Of a stretch of DNA of 64,000 nt, positions 1 through 9,414 are shown piece by piece. The translations under genes were made by a program, and so were the position numbers. The first letter of the stretch is position 1, and the number at the start of each line of letters is the position of its first letter. This DNA comes from Lutibacter sp. (GTDB lineage Bacteria > Bacteroidota > Bacteroidia > Flavobacteriales > Flavobacteriaceae). The notes under the pieces are model-generated. The model was not told the origin of the DNA. It was given only the letters and a program-made list of their open reading frames with translations, and ran no database searches. The stretch spans positions 108,345-172,344 of the forward strand of contig JAUYUA010000092.1 of NCBI GenBank assembly GCA_030694935.1, given 5' to 3'.

Positions 1-110
1 ACATCAATTCCTATAAAAAGGAAAATATGCTAAATGGCTATGATGATATTGATTATTTAACAAAAATGAAATCAGAGATTCAGGAATTTGCTTCAGCAAG
101 ACCTTTTTAA
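1..110 (+). CDS. leuD: 3-isopropylmalate dehydratase small subunit, C-terminal fragment (5' end outside window)
   Basis: Frame 3 reads ...INSYKKENMLNGYDDIDYLTKMKSEIQEFASARPF*. The K-x-x-L-x-G-x-D-D-I tail resembles LeuD C-termini. A LeuA/CimA-like gene and leuB follow. Confidence 0.55.
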   Translation, partial: INSYKKENMLNGYDDIDYLTKMKSEIQEFASARPF

Positions 111-307
111 ATAATGTTGAATTTTCGTCAACCTGAACTTGTTTACTCATTAATTCATTATTTATTTTATGATGTATTCGTGAATCTTCGATTTCAGGTT
201 CTCATAATTTTGGACTATATTATTAATAAATTGAAAAGGACTGCTTGAAATATTTTTCAGCTGACCACTCTTTAAATTATATTTTTACCTATAACACTTG
301 ATTTAGC

Positions 308-1825
308 ATGAAAAAAAGGAAAATTGAAATCATGGATACCACACTTCGCGATGGTGAACAAACATCCGGAGTCTCTTTTTCAGCAGCCGAAAAGCTGACC
401 ATAGCAAAGCTTTTGCTGGAAGAACTTCATGTGGACAGAATTGAAATTGCTTCGGCAAGAGTTTCCGAAGGTGAATTTCAGGCGGTAAAAAACATCACGG
501 AATGGGCAAAAAAACATGGGTATTTAGATCGCGTAGAAATGCTCACTTTTGTTGATGGCGGCCAATCGATAGATTGGATGAAAAGGGCAGGAGCAAAGGT
601 TCAAAATTTACTGACCAAAGGTTCTTTAAACCACTTAACGCATCAACTCAAAAAAACACCCGAGCAGCATTTTGCCGAAATAAAAGAAACCATTGAATTG
701 GCGCAAAAAGAAGGAATCACCACCAATGTGTATTTGGAAGACTGGAGCAACGGAATGCGAAATTCACCCGAATATGTGTTCCAATATTTGGCATTTTTAG
801 CCACGCAGCCCATTGCCAGAATCTTGTTGCCTGATACGCTTGGCGTTTTAACACCCAAAGAAACCTATCAGTTTTTTTCAAAAATAACCGCTAAATATCC
901 GAAGTTGCATTTCGATTTTCACGCACACAACGATTACGATTTGAGTGTGGCAAATGTCATGGAAGCCATTGATGCCGGTGCAAAAGGATTGCACATTACC
1001 GTGAACGGAATGGGGGAACGCGCCGGAAATGCGCCGTTGGCAAGCGTTGTTGCCGTGATCAACGATTTCTATAAAAATGAAGTTGAGATTTCGGTGAAAG
1101 AAACCTCTTTATATTCTGTCAGCAAACTGATAGAAGCTTTTTCGGGCATCAGAGTTCCTGCGAACAAGCCGATAGTCGGTGAAAATGTGTTCACCCAAAC
1201 TGCCGGAATTCACGCCGACGGCGACAATAAAAACAATCTGTATTTCAACGATTTATTGCCCGAACGTTTCGGAAGAAAACGCTCTTATGCCTTGGGAAAA
1301 ACTTCGGGAAAAGCAAATATTGAGAAAAATCTGCAGGAATTGGGACTCGAACTCAACCAGGAAGATTTAAAAAAAGTGACCCAGCGCATTATCGAATTGG
1401 GCGATCAAAAAGAGTTGGTTTCCAAGGAAGATTTGCCTTACATCATTTCCGATGTGCTCAACAGCAATCTGTATCAGGAAAAAATTACGGTTGAATCCTA
1501 TGTTTTAACGCATTCCAAGGGCTTAAAACCTTCCACAACAATCGCCGTAAAAATGGACGGGCAGTTGTATGAAGAACACGCGTATGGCGACGGGCAGTTT
1601 GATGCGTTTATGAATGCCTTGCACAAAATATACAAAAAGAAGAAAAAGGCCTTGCCAAAATTGGTGGATTATGCGGTCAGGATTCCGCCGGGAAGCAATT
1701 CCGATGCCTTATGCGAAACCATTATCACTTGGCAAAACGACGAAAAAAGGTTCATTACCAGAGGCTTGGATTCAGACCAAACGGTTTCCGCCATTAAAGC
1801 CACCCAAAAAATGTTGAATATTTAA
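308..1825 (+). CDS. 2-isopropylmalate synthase / (R)-citramalate synthase family enzyme (LeuA/CimA, with C-terminal LeuA-dimer regulatory domain)
   Basis: N-terminal DTTLRDGEQTSGVSFS, VDRIEIASARVSEGE, NVYLEDWSNGMRNSPEYV, HNDYDLSVAN, PERFGRKRSYALGK. Lies between leuD and leuB. Motif set looks closer to the CimA-like subfamily than to long-form LeuA. Confidence 0.8.
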   Translation: MKKRKIEIMDTTLRDGEQTSGVSFSAAEKLTIAKLLLEELHVDRIEIASARVSEGEFQAVKNITEWAKKHGYLDRVEMLTFVDGGQSIDWMKRAGAKVQNLLTKGSLNHLTHQLKKTPEQHFAEIKETIELAQKEGITTNVYLEDWSNGMRNSPEYVFQYLAFLATQPIARILLPDTLGVLTPKETYQFFSKITAKYPKLHFDFHAHNDYDLSVANVMEAIDAGAKGLHITVNGMGERAGNAPLASVVAVINDFYKNEVEISVKETSLYSVSKLIEAFSGIRVPANKPIVGENVFTQTAGIHADGDNKNNLYFNDLLPERFGRKRSYALGKTSGKANIEKNLQELGLELNQEDLKKVTQRIIELGDQKELVSKEDLPYIISDVLNSNLYQEKITVESYVLTHSKGLKPSTTIAVKMDGQLYEEHAYGDGQFDAFMNALHKIYKKKKKALPKLVDYAVRIPPGSNSDALCETIITWQNDEKRFITRGLDSDQTVSAIKATQKMLNI

Positions 1826-1839
1826 AATAATAAAAATTT

Positions 1840-1965
1840 GGGGCGTTCCCCGCCAGCCTGCCTGCCAGCAGGCAGGCTGGCGGGTCAGGCTTTTGTGGCT
1901 CGCTTTTTTTTGTGAAATACAAAAAAAGAGCTCAAACAAACCACGCAATCCTTAACGCGGGTCCG
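1840..1965. repeat. GC-rich palindromic intergenic element (REP/MITE-like), copy A
   Basis: GGGGCGTTCCCCGCCAGCCTGCCTGCCAGCAGGCAGGCTGGCGGG forms a 16-17 bp stem. It is followed by TCAGGCTTTT, an A/T-run hairpin and ...CAATCCTTAACGC. The same architecture occurs inverted at 50991-51107. Confidence 0.75.
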
Positions 1966-1970
1966 TAAAT

Positions 1971-2165
1971 TAATAATGAATAATTAAAAATGAATAATGA
2001 AAATTTTTCTAGCGCACTTTGCGGTTTTATCTTTGCGTCCCGATAGCTATCGGGATTGCGTTTAAAAAATTAATGATAAATAATTAAAATGAATAATGAA
2101 AATTTTTCTAGCGCACTTTGCGGTTTTATCTTTGCGTCCCGATAGCTATCGGGATTGCGTTTAAA
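1971..2165. repeat. Two-copy tandem direct repeat (~95 bp unit), each unit carrying the perfect 18-bp palindrome TCCCGATAGCTATCGGGA
   Basis: Units at about 1971-2065 and 2070-2165 are near identical (AATGAATAATGAAAATTTTTCTAGCGCACTTTGCGGTTTTATCTTTGCGTCCCGATAGCTATCGGGATTGCGTTTAAA). Confidence 0.9.
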
Positions 2166-2223
2166 TAATCCAAAAATCTAAAATCCAAAATTTATAATTT
2201 TTCAAAAAAATAAACATCTAAAT

Positions 2224-3282
2224 ATGAAATTGACAATAGCACTTTTAGCCGGCGACGGAATTGGTCCGGAAGTAATCGCGCAAGCGGTAAAGGTTTGTGA
2301 CGCCATTGCGGTTAAATTTAACCACCAAATAATCTGGAAACCAGCACTTACAGGTGCCGCAGCCATTGACGCCGTTGGCGATCCGTATCCCGATGAAACC
2401 CACGAAATTTGCCTAAATGCCGATGCGGTGCTTTTTGGGGCCATCGGACATCCGAAATACGACAATGATCCATCCGCAAAAGTGCGTCCGGAACAAGGCT
2501 TGCTTAAAATGCGCAAAAAATTGGGGTTGTTCGCGAACATCAGACCTACATTTACGTTTCCTTCGTTAATAGATAATTCTCCTTTAAAAAGAGAACGCAT
2601 TGAAGGAACCGATTTGGTTTTTTTACGGGAACTGACAGGCGGCATTTATTTTGGTGAAAAAGGAAGAAAAGATGGTGGTGAAACCGCATTTGACACTTGC
2701 ACGTACACAAGAGAAGAAGTAATCCGTTTGGCAAAAAAAGGCTTCGAATTGGCGATGGTGCGCACAAAAAAATTATGTTGTGTGGACAAGGCAAATGTGA
2801 TGGAAACTTCAAGATTGTGGCGGGAAACTGTGCAATCCATGGAAAAAGATTATCCGGAAGTCACCGTTTCTTATGAGTTTGTGGATGCGGTTGCCATGCG
2901 TTTGGTGCAATGGCCAAATTCTTATGATGTGTTGATCACCGAAAACTTATTTGGAGATATTTTAACCGATGAAGCTTCGGTAATTTCGGGTTCAATGGGC
3001 TTGATGCCGTCGGCTTCCGTAGGAGAAAAAAACGCTTTGTATGAGCCAATCCACGGTTCTTATCCGCAGGCAGCTGGAAAAGATATTGCCAATCCGCTGG
3101 CTACCGTTTTATCGGCTGCGATGATGTTTGAAGACACTTTTAAACTAACAGAAGAGGCAAAAGCAATCAGAAATGTGGTGAACAAATCATTGGAACAAGG
3201 TATTGTTACGGAAGATTTATCAGGAAAAAACAAAGCCTATAAAACAAGCGAAGTTGGAAATTGGTTGGTGGCGAATTTGTAA
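2224..3282 (+). CDS. leuB: 3-isopropylmalate dehydrogenase
   Basis: LAGDGIGPEV N-terminus, LFANIRP, NLFGDILTDEAS, and overall isocitrate/isopropylmalate dehydrogenase layout. 352 aa. Confidence 0.93.
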   Translation: MKLTIALLAGDGIGPEVIAQAVKVCDAIAVKFNHQIIWKPALTGAAAIDAVGDPYPDETHEICLNADAVLFGAIGHPKYDNDPSAKVRPEQGLLKMRKKLGLFANIRPTFTFPSLIDNSPLKRERIEGTDLVFLRELTGGIYFGEKGRKDGGETAFDTCTYTREEVIRLAKKGFELAMVRTKKLCCVDKANVMETSRLWRETVQSMEKDYPEVTVSYEFVDAVAMRLVQWPNSYDVLITENLFGDILTDEASVISGSMGLMPSASVGEKNALYEPIHGSYPQAAGKDIANPLATVLSAAMMFEDTFKLTEEAKAIRNVVNKSLEQGIVTEDLSGKNKAYKTSEVGNWLVANL

Positions 3283-3297
3283 AAAAATCAAAAATTC

Positions 3298-3334
3298 AAA
3301 AAAGGTTGTTTTCTGTTGAAAATAACCTTTTTTG
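3298..3334 (+). terminator. Rho-independent terminator after leuB
   Basis: AAAGGTTGTTTTC / GAAAATAACCTTT stem followed by a T-run. Confidence 0.6.
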
Positions 3335-3420
3335 GTTTCTAATTACTTTAGGCTCAATTAAAAAGTCATTTAAAAATATTGCAATTAAGAATTTAATTTT
3401 AAATTTGAAAAGATAAATCA

Positions 3421-3428
3421 TAGATTTG
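3421..3428 (+). promoter_or_regulatory. Bacteroidetes-type -7 box TAGATTTG upstream of the adhesin gene
   Basis: Matches TAnnTTTG, 35 nt upstream of the ATG at 3463. Confidence 0.4.
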
Positions 3429-3462
3429 ATTGCAGAACTATAGCCAATCCCAAAGATAACTT

Positions 3463-6400
3463 ATGAAAAAGCACTTCATAGCATTAGCCATTTGTTTACT
3501 TACCGGAATTTTTTATGGTTATGGACAACAAGACTGTTCTAATGCATTGCCCATATGCTCCGACGCCAATTCTGGCGGTGTTGTGAATGGTTTTGGCTAT
3601 GATGATTTTTTTGGCAGCAGTGTTTCAGGCTGTTTAAGAAATGGTTTGGGAGTCACCACAATAGAAACAAATTCTTATTGGTTTCGCTTTAAATTGGCTG
3701 CCGGCGGACAATTTGGATTCAATATTACACCAAATAATTTAAGTGAAGACTGGGATTTTGCGGTTTATGGCCCAAATACCGCTTGTGGCGCTTTAGGGGC
3801 GCCGATTGCCTGTAATTACAGTAAAGCTTCGCCAACCGGGTACACGGGCGTTGGTCTTGACCCTGTTACCAATACCCAAACCGAAGCTTATGATTCCTGG
3901 ATGAATGTAAACGCAGGTGACGAATATGTGATATTAATCAATCAATATTCAGGAAACAATTCCGGATTTTCCATCAATTGGAAAGGTGCCGTAATCACAA
4001 ATAATGCAGCGTATTTGGACTGCTCAATTTTGGTGAATTTGGGTCCCGACAGAAATTTTTGTGTTGGGCAAAATACCCAATTAAATGCCAAAACTTTTGG
4101 GCCTTCAATAAGTTATGAATGGAAGTACATGAATACTGTAACTGGTTTGTTTGTGCCGTTCTCTCCTGCAAAAACAGGAGAGGCAATTTTTGTAAATACA
4201 ACGGGAACTTATCAGGTGACTGTTACAGACAACACAACGGGAATTGCAAAGTCCGATGATATTTTGGTTACTTTTCATGCGATTCCAACCGCCGGAAATC
4301 CAATAGATATTGTGCTCTGTGACACAAACGGCGATGGTGTTGAGACTTTCAATTTAGCGTCTAACTCTACAGCAATTTTGAATGGACAAACAGGGATGAC
4401 CGTAACGTATCATGAATTTCAAACTTTTGCACAAGTTGGTGCCGCTCCAATAATCAGCCCTGATGCTTATGTTAGTGGCGGAAAAACAATCTGGGCCCGA
4501 ATTCAAAATGATGCGAATACAAATTGTTTTGAAGTTGTTTCTTTTAATATTTCAGCAGCGCCGCCACCAATAGCAAATAAACCGCCAGATTTAAAGGCCT
4601 GTGACGATGATAATGACGGATTTATGATTTTTAATCTTGACCAACAAACGCCAATAATTTTAAATGGCTCGGCTAATATTGTTACTTATTATGATGATGT
4701 AACTAAAGCAAATGACAGGAAAGGCTGGATTCTTAATTCAAATGCTTATCCATCAAAAACAGCAACAATCTGGGTAAGGGTTGAACCGAGCGTAAATTCA
4801 GCATGCTATGCAATAACGACATTCAACCTAGAAGTTTTTGAAAAAGCTAAAGCAAATCCAACCACCAACATTCTGCAATGTGATTTCGACAATGATGGTT
4901 TGTATCAATTCGATCTAAGAACCAAAGATGCTGAAATTTTAGGTTCCCAAAGTTCATCAACCTTTGAAATTAATTATTTCGCCACGCAAGCCAATGCCAA
5001 TAATAACATCAATGTTTTGCCTAATCTATATACGAATGTTACGCCTTATGCCGAAGAACGGATTTATGCGCGGATCCACAACAAGGGATTTGTTGATTGT
5101 TACCAAACCACCAGTTTTACTTTACAGGTTCTTGATACGGCATATCCCGCCGCCGCTGCAAATATTCCCAATTTATCCTATTGTGATGATGCGTCAGACG
5201 GCAACGACACCAATGGTTTTTATCAATTTAATTTAACCGAACGTGGAAGTGTTATTTTGAACGGACAATCACCCTATGTTTTTGAAGTAAATTATTACCG
5301 AGATGCTGCATATATGAACAAAATTTTAAACCCGACTGCTTTTACAAACAGTGTAGCCAACTTGCAAACCATTTATGTTCGGGTAATTAATAAAACCACT
5401 AACAATGTTACTTGTTACGCGGATACTTCTTTTTTGATTGAAGTTAAACCATTGCCAATTGCAATGACAATACCTTATGAATTGGCACAATGCGATGAAG
5501 ACGGAAATCCGGATGGCGTAACCAATTTTAACCTTTCTGAAGCGGATTTCTTTGTGACATTAGGAAACACCAACCTAAATGTTAGCTATCATTTGTCCGC
5601 AATAAATGCAGCTTCAGGAATAAATGCAGTCAATAAATCATCTTTTTCAAACGGTGTTAGTCCAACTGTTTTTGCAAGAGTTGTTGCAACAAATGGATGT
5701 TACAGAATAGTGCAGGTAAATTTAACGGTTACAATCACTTCATTTCCGCCAACATATAGCCGTGAAATAATATTTTGCGACGATGATGCCACCATTGACG
5801 GTTTGCACGAATTTAATTTGGCGAAAGTCACTTCAGAAATAATTTCCCAATTCACCAGCCCAAATTTGAGGGTTGGTTATTATAGAAATCAGGCAGATGC
5901 ACTTTTGGAAACTAATATTATAAGTCCGGCAAACGCCTATTTAAGTGAAGTTCCATATAGCCAAACCATTTGGGTGCGCGTTGAAAGTGCCATTAACGGC
6001 AATTGTTTTGGCATTGCGCCAGTGCTAAAATTAACCGTAAATCCGAGACCTCAATTTGAGCTTGATGAAACAGGAATTGTTTGTTTAAACGATTTGCCTA
6101 AAACAATCTCTATCTATAATCCGCTCGGAACTTATACTTATGAATGGACAAATGCTGCAGGTGACGTCATAAGTGAACAACCTTTTGTGGATATTTTTGA
6201 AGCAGGTGTTTATACTGTGATTGCAACTTCAAATTTGGGTTGCGTCTCTTTTCCGAAGCAAATCACCATGACAGAATCTATTATTGCCGATATTTCTTCG
6301 GAAGACATTCAAGTTGCTGACAATTCGGGCAATAATTCCATCACCATAAATAATGCCGGCCAAAATTTGGGCATTGGCAATTATGAATTTTCGCTGGATG

Positions 6401-6795
6401 ATATTTCCGGACCTTATCAGGACGACCCAGTTTTTACGGAAGTTATTCCCGGAACGCATACCGTATTTGTACGTGATAAAAATAGTTGTGGCATCGCGCA
6501 AGTAACTGTTTATGTTTTTGGTTTCCCAAATTTCTTTACGCCAAATGATGATGGCCAAAACGACACTTGGAATGTTTTAGGCGTGGATCCGGCAGTTTTT
6601 AAATCGTCTTTAATTTATATTTTCGACCGATACGGCAAGTTAATGACAAGCATCAGTGCTTCACAGCAGGGTTGGGACGGATTTTACAATTCCCATAAAG
6701 CAGTTTCAACGGATTATTGGTACTTGGCAAAAATGACAGATTATAGTGGAAATACTTCAGAACACAAAGGACATTTTAGCTTGATAAGGAGATAG
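3463..6795 (+). CDS. T9SS type-B sorting domain (gliding-motility-associated C-terminal domain) surface protein with six ~95-aa tandem repeats
   Basis: Signal peptide. C-terminus FFTPNDDGQNDTWNV...IFDRYGKLM...GWDG...YWY is the type-B CTD signature. Six repeats each start with C-D-x-D-x-DG...FNL. Confidence 0.85.
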   Translation: MKKHFIALAICLLTGIFYGYGQQDCSNALPICSDANSGGVVNGFGYDDFFGSSVSGCLRNGLGVTTIETNSYWFRFKLAAGGQFGFNITPNNLSEDWDFAVYGPNTACGALGAPIACNYSKASPTGYTGVGLDPVTNTQTEAYDSWMNVNAGDEYVILINQYSGNNSGFSINWKGAVITNNAAYLDCSILVNLGPDRNFCVGQNTQLNAKTFGPSISYEWKYMNTVTGLFVPFSPAKTGEAIFVNTTGTYQVTVTDNTTGIAKSDDILVTFHAIPTAGNPIDIVLCDTNGDGVETFNLASNSTAILNGQTGMTVTYHEFQTFAQVGAAPIISPDAYVSGGKTIWARIQNDANTNCFEVVSFNISAAPPPIANKPPDLKACDDDNDGFMIFNLDQQTPIILNGSANIVTYYDDVTKANDRKGWILNSNAYPSKTATIWVRVEPSVNSACYAITTFNLEVFEKAKANPTTNILQCDFDNDGLYQFDLRTKDAEILGSQSSSTFEINYFATQANANNNINVLPNLYTNVTPYAEERIYARIHNKGFVDCYQTTSFTLQVLDTAYPAAAANIPNLSYCDDASDGNDTNGFYQFNLTERGSVILNGQSPYVFEVNYYRDAAYMNKILNPTAFTNSVANLQTIYVRVINKTTNNVTCYADTSFLIEVKPLPIAMTIPYELAQCDEDGNPDGVTNFNLSEADFFVTLGNTNLNVSYHLSAINAASGINAVNKSSFSNGVSPTVFARVVATNGCYRIVQVNLTVTITSFPPTYSREIIFCDDDATIDGLHEFNLAKVTSEIISQFTSPNLRVGYYRNQADALLETNIISPANAYLSEVPYSQTIWVRVESAINGNCFGIAPVLKLTVNPRPQFELDETGIVCLNDLPKTISIYNPLGTYTYEWTNAAGDVISEQPFVDIFEAGVYTVIATSNLGCVSFPKQITMTESIIADISSEDIQVADNSGNNSITINNAGQNLGIGNYEFSLDDISGPYQDDPVFTEVIPGTHTVFVRDKNSCGIAQVTVYVFGFPNFFTPNDDGQNDTWNVLGVDPAVFKSSLIYIFDRYGKLMTSISASQQGWDGFYNSHKAVSTDYWYLAKMTDYSGNTSEHKGHFSLIRR

Positions 6796-6830
6796 ATTCC
6801 CTATTTTAATTGTTGAAATCCGGGAATTTA

Positions 6831-9329
6831 TTATTTGTCAAGGCTCAAATTTCTCAACCGCAAAGCATTTGCAATCACCGATACAGAGCTGAAACTCATC
6901 GCCAAAGCGGCAATAATAGGCGACAATAACAATCCGAATACAGGGAATAAAACGCCTGCCGCAATGGGTACGCCCAATACATTGTACGCAAATGAGAAAA
7001 ACAGATTTTGTTTGATGTTTTTCATCACGGCGTGACTTAAATTTTTTGCTTTTACAATGCCTTGTAAATCGCCTTTTACCAAGGTAATTGCAGCACTTTC
7101 AATGGCAACATCGGTTCCTGTTCCCATCGCAATTCCCACATTTGATTGGGCAAGTGCGGGCGCATCATTGATGCCATCACCGGCCATAGCCACAATTTTT
7201 CCTTCGGCTTGCAGATTTTTAATAAATTTCAATTTGTCTTCAGGTAAAAAACCTGCTTTAAAATTGGTTAAATGCAACGCGTCGGCAACCGCTTTGGCGG
7301 TATTTTCATTGTCGCCCGTGATCATTATGACTTCAATTCCTTGCTCCATCAAATTTTTAATGGCGGCTGCACTGGTTTTTTTAATGGCATCGGTGATACT
7401 CACATAACCCAAGGCTTTTTGATCAACAGCAATATACGAAACTGTTTTTCCCAACTTTTGTTCGGCTAAAATTTGAGCTTCTAAATCTTTTGGGATCACT
7501 GCTTTTATTTTTTCCATCAGCTTTTTGTTACCCAAAGCCACTTTGTTTTTGGCAACAGTGCCAATAACGCCCATTCCTGCCACCGCTTCAAAATCATCAA
7601 CTTTAGAAAGTTTTGATTTGTTTTCTTTGGCATAATTTACCACGGCTTGCGCCAATGGATGTTCGCTATATTGGTTTAAGGAAGCAATTTGATGCAATAA
7701 ATCTGCTGAATCTCCTTCCAAAGTAACCACTTTTTCAACAGAAGGTTTTCCTTCTGTAAGCGTCCCTGTTTTATCGGTTATTAAAACATTCACCTTATTC
7801 ATAGTTTCTAGCGCTTCGGCATTTTTGATTAAAATTCCGCTTTGGGCGCCTTTACCAACACCAACCATCACGGACATAGGTGTGGCCAATCCCAAAGCGC
7901 ACGGACAAGCGATAATCAATACCGCCACGGCATTCACAAAAGCATAAACCATTGCAGGTTCAGGTCCGAAATATGCCCAAACAACAAAGGTTATGATGGA
8001 AACTCCCACAACTATTGGCACAAAATATTTAGAAATGGTATCTGCCAATTTTTGGATGGGCGCTCTTGACCTGCTGGCGTCGCTTACCATTTTTATAATT
8101 TGTGACAACAAGGTTTCCGACCCCACGCGTTCCGCTTTCATCACAAATGATTTTGTGCCGTTTATGGTGCCTGAGCTTACTTTGTCGCCCACGGTTTTAT
8201 CAACAGGAATAGGTTCTCCCGAAATCATAGATTCATCAATGCTGCTGCTTCCTTCTTCAATGATGCCATCAACAGGAATTTTTTCACCCGGTTTTACGCG
8301 CAATAAATCATCTTTTTTGATGGAATGAATGGAAACAATTTTATCAACGCCATCAACAACTAAAGTGGCTTCCGAAGGCGCCAGTTTTAGCAATTCTTTA
8401 ATAGCGCCGCTGGTTTTGCTGTGCGCTCGGGCTTCCAGCAATTGGCCCAACAACACCAACGTTAAAATAACCGCCGTTGCTTCGAAATACAAACTGACGC
8501 TTCCCATATGTTTAAATTCCTGCGGAAAAACGGAAGGGAATAAAAGTCCGGCAATGCTGAACAAAAATGCGGCTGCCGTACCTATTCCCACCAAAGTGAA
8601 CATATTCAAATTCCAGGTAATGATCGATTTCCAGGCACGCACGTAAAACATCCAACAGGTATAAAAAACAATAGGAAGCGTTAAAACAAACTGTGACCAA
8701 TCCCAATAAATTTGGGGGAATAGTTTGGACAGCGGATTTGTGGGAAGGTGCATGGACATTGAAATAATAAATACAGGAACCGCAAAAATGAGCGATATCT
8801 TCATTTTTTTGAGCAACTTCAAATAAGTTTTGTCTTCTGCGCTTTCCGTTGGTTCCATCGGCACCAAATCCATTCCGCAAATAGGGCAGGAACCAGGTTC
8901 GTCTTTCACAATTTCGGGGTGCATCGGACAAGTATATTGTGTTGCGACAATCGCTTTTGGCTGTTCAATTAAATCCATCCCGCAAACCGGGCAATCGCCT
9001 GGTTTGTTGTACGTTTTTTCACCTTCACAGTGCATCGGACAGTAAAATACGCCGTTTCCGTCTTTTATTGGCTTTATGGCTACAGGTTTTTCTGTTTTTT
9101 CGTTGGCGGTATTTGGATCAAAATCTGTAATGGTATAATGCAATCCTGCTTTTAGAAATTCTTGCTGAAATGTTTCTGTTGAAATATGGTTTTCCATGTC
9201 AACTTCGAATTTGCCTTCCTCCAATTTAACAGTCGCTTTTGACACACCTTTTATATTTTTTAAGGTATCTTCAGCATTGGTTCTGCAACCATTACAGGTC
9301 ATTCCGGTTATTTTATAGGTGTGTTTCAT
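6831..9329 (-). CDS. copA: Copper/silver-translocating P1B-type ATPase with N-terminal HMA domain plus two CxxH..CPxCGM heavy-metal-binding modules
   Basis: GMTCNGC, CPC ([13 protein letters not shown]), [23 protein letters not shown] and M-x-x-SS transmembrane motifs. Confidence 0.93.
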   Translation of the reverse strand: MKHTYKITGMTCNGCRTNAEDTLKNIKGVSKATVKLEEGKFEVDMENHISTETFQQEFLKAGLHYTITDFDPNTANEKTEKPVAIKPIKDGNGVFYCPMHCEGEKTYNKPGDCPVCGMDLIEQPKAIVATQYTCPMHPEIVKDEPGSCPICGMDLVPMEPTESAEDKTYLKLLKKMKISLIFAVPVFIISMSMHLPTNPLSKLFPQIYWDWSQFVLTLPIVFYTCWMFYVRAWKSIITWNLNMFTLVGIGTAAAFLFSIAGLLFPSVFPQEFKHMGSVSLYFEATAVILTLVLLGQLLEARAHSKTSGAIKELLKLAPSEATLVVDGVDKIVSIHSIKKDDLLRVKPGEKIPVDGIIEEGSSSIDESMISGEPIPVDKTVGDKVSSGTINGTKSFVMKAERVGSETLLSQIIKMVSDASRSRAPIQKLADTISKYFVPIVVGVSIITFVVWAYFGPEPAMVYAFVNAVAVLIIACPCALGLATPMSVMVGVGKGAQSGILIKNAEALETMNKVNVLITDKTGTLTEGKPSVEKVVTLEGDSADLLHQIASLNQYSEHPLAQAVVNYAKENKSKLSKVDDFEAVAGMGVIGTVAKNKVALGNKKLMEKIKAVIPKDLEAQILAEQKLGKTVSYIAVDQKALGYVSITDAIKKTSAAAIKNLMEQGIEVIMITGDNENTAKAVADALHLTNFKAGFLPEDKLKFIKNLQAEGKIVAMAGDGINDAPALAQSNVGIAMGTGTDVAIESAAITLVKGDLQGIVKAKNLSHAVMKNIKQNLFFSFAYNVLGVPIAAGVLFPVFGLLLSPIIAALAMSFSSVSVIANALRLRNLSLDK

Positions 9330-9414
9330 TTTCTGTCGTTGTTAATAAAAGTATTTAGCCCGATACTATTTTCAAAAATTTGTATTTCTTAAAATCAGAA
9401 CATTTTAAGAATCT

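Noticed and set aside
1971-2165. Possible CRISPR array, given direct repeats with palindromic cores.
   Set aside because: There are only two contiguous ~95-bp units with no unique spacers, and no cas genes are present. It is a tandem duplication.
2202-2840. Antisense ORFs (147, 86 and 64 aa) overlapping leuB.
   Set aside because: leuB on the + strand is clearly real. The antisense frames show no recognisable motif.
7057-8931. Multiple 60-140-aa ORFs inside or antisense to copA (for example 7057-7407 +, 7993-8328 +, 8512-8931 -), and similar ones inside cusB and cusA.
   Set aside because: They are nested within long motif-rich CDSs (P-type ATPase and RND signatures are unambiguous). They have low-complexity or odd composition and no start context. 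They are typical shadow ORFs.
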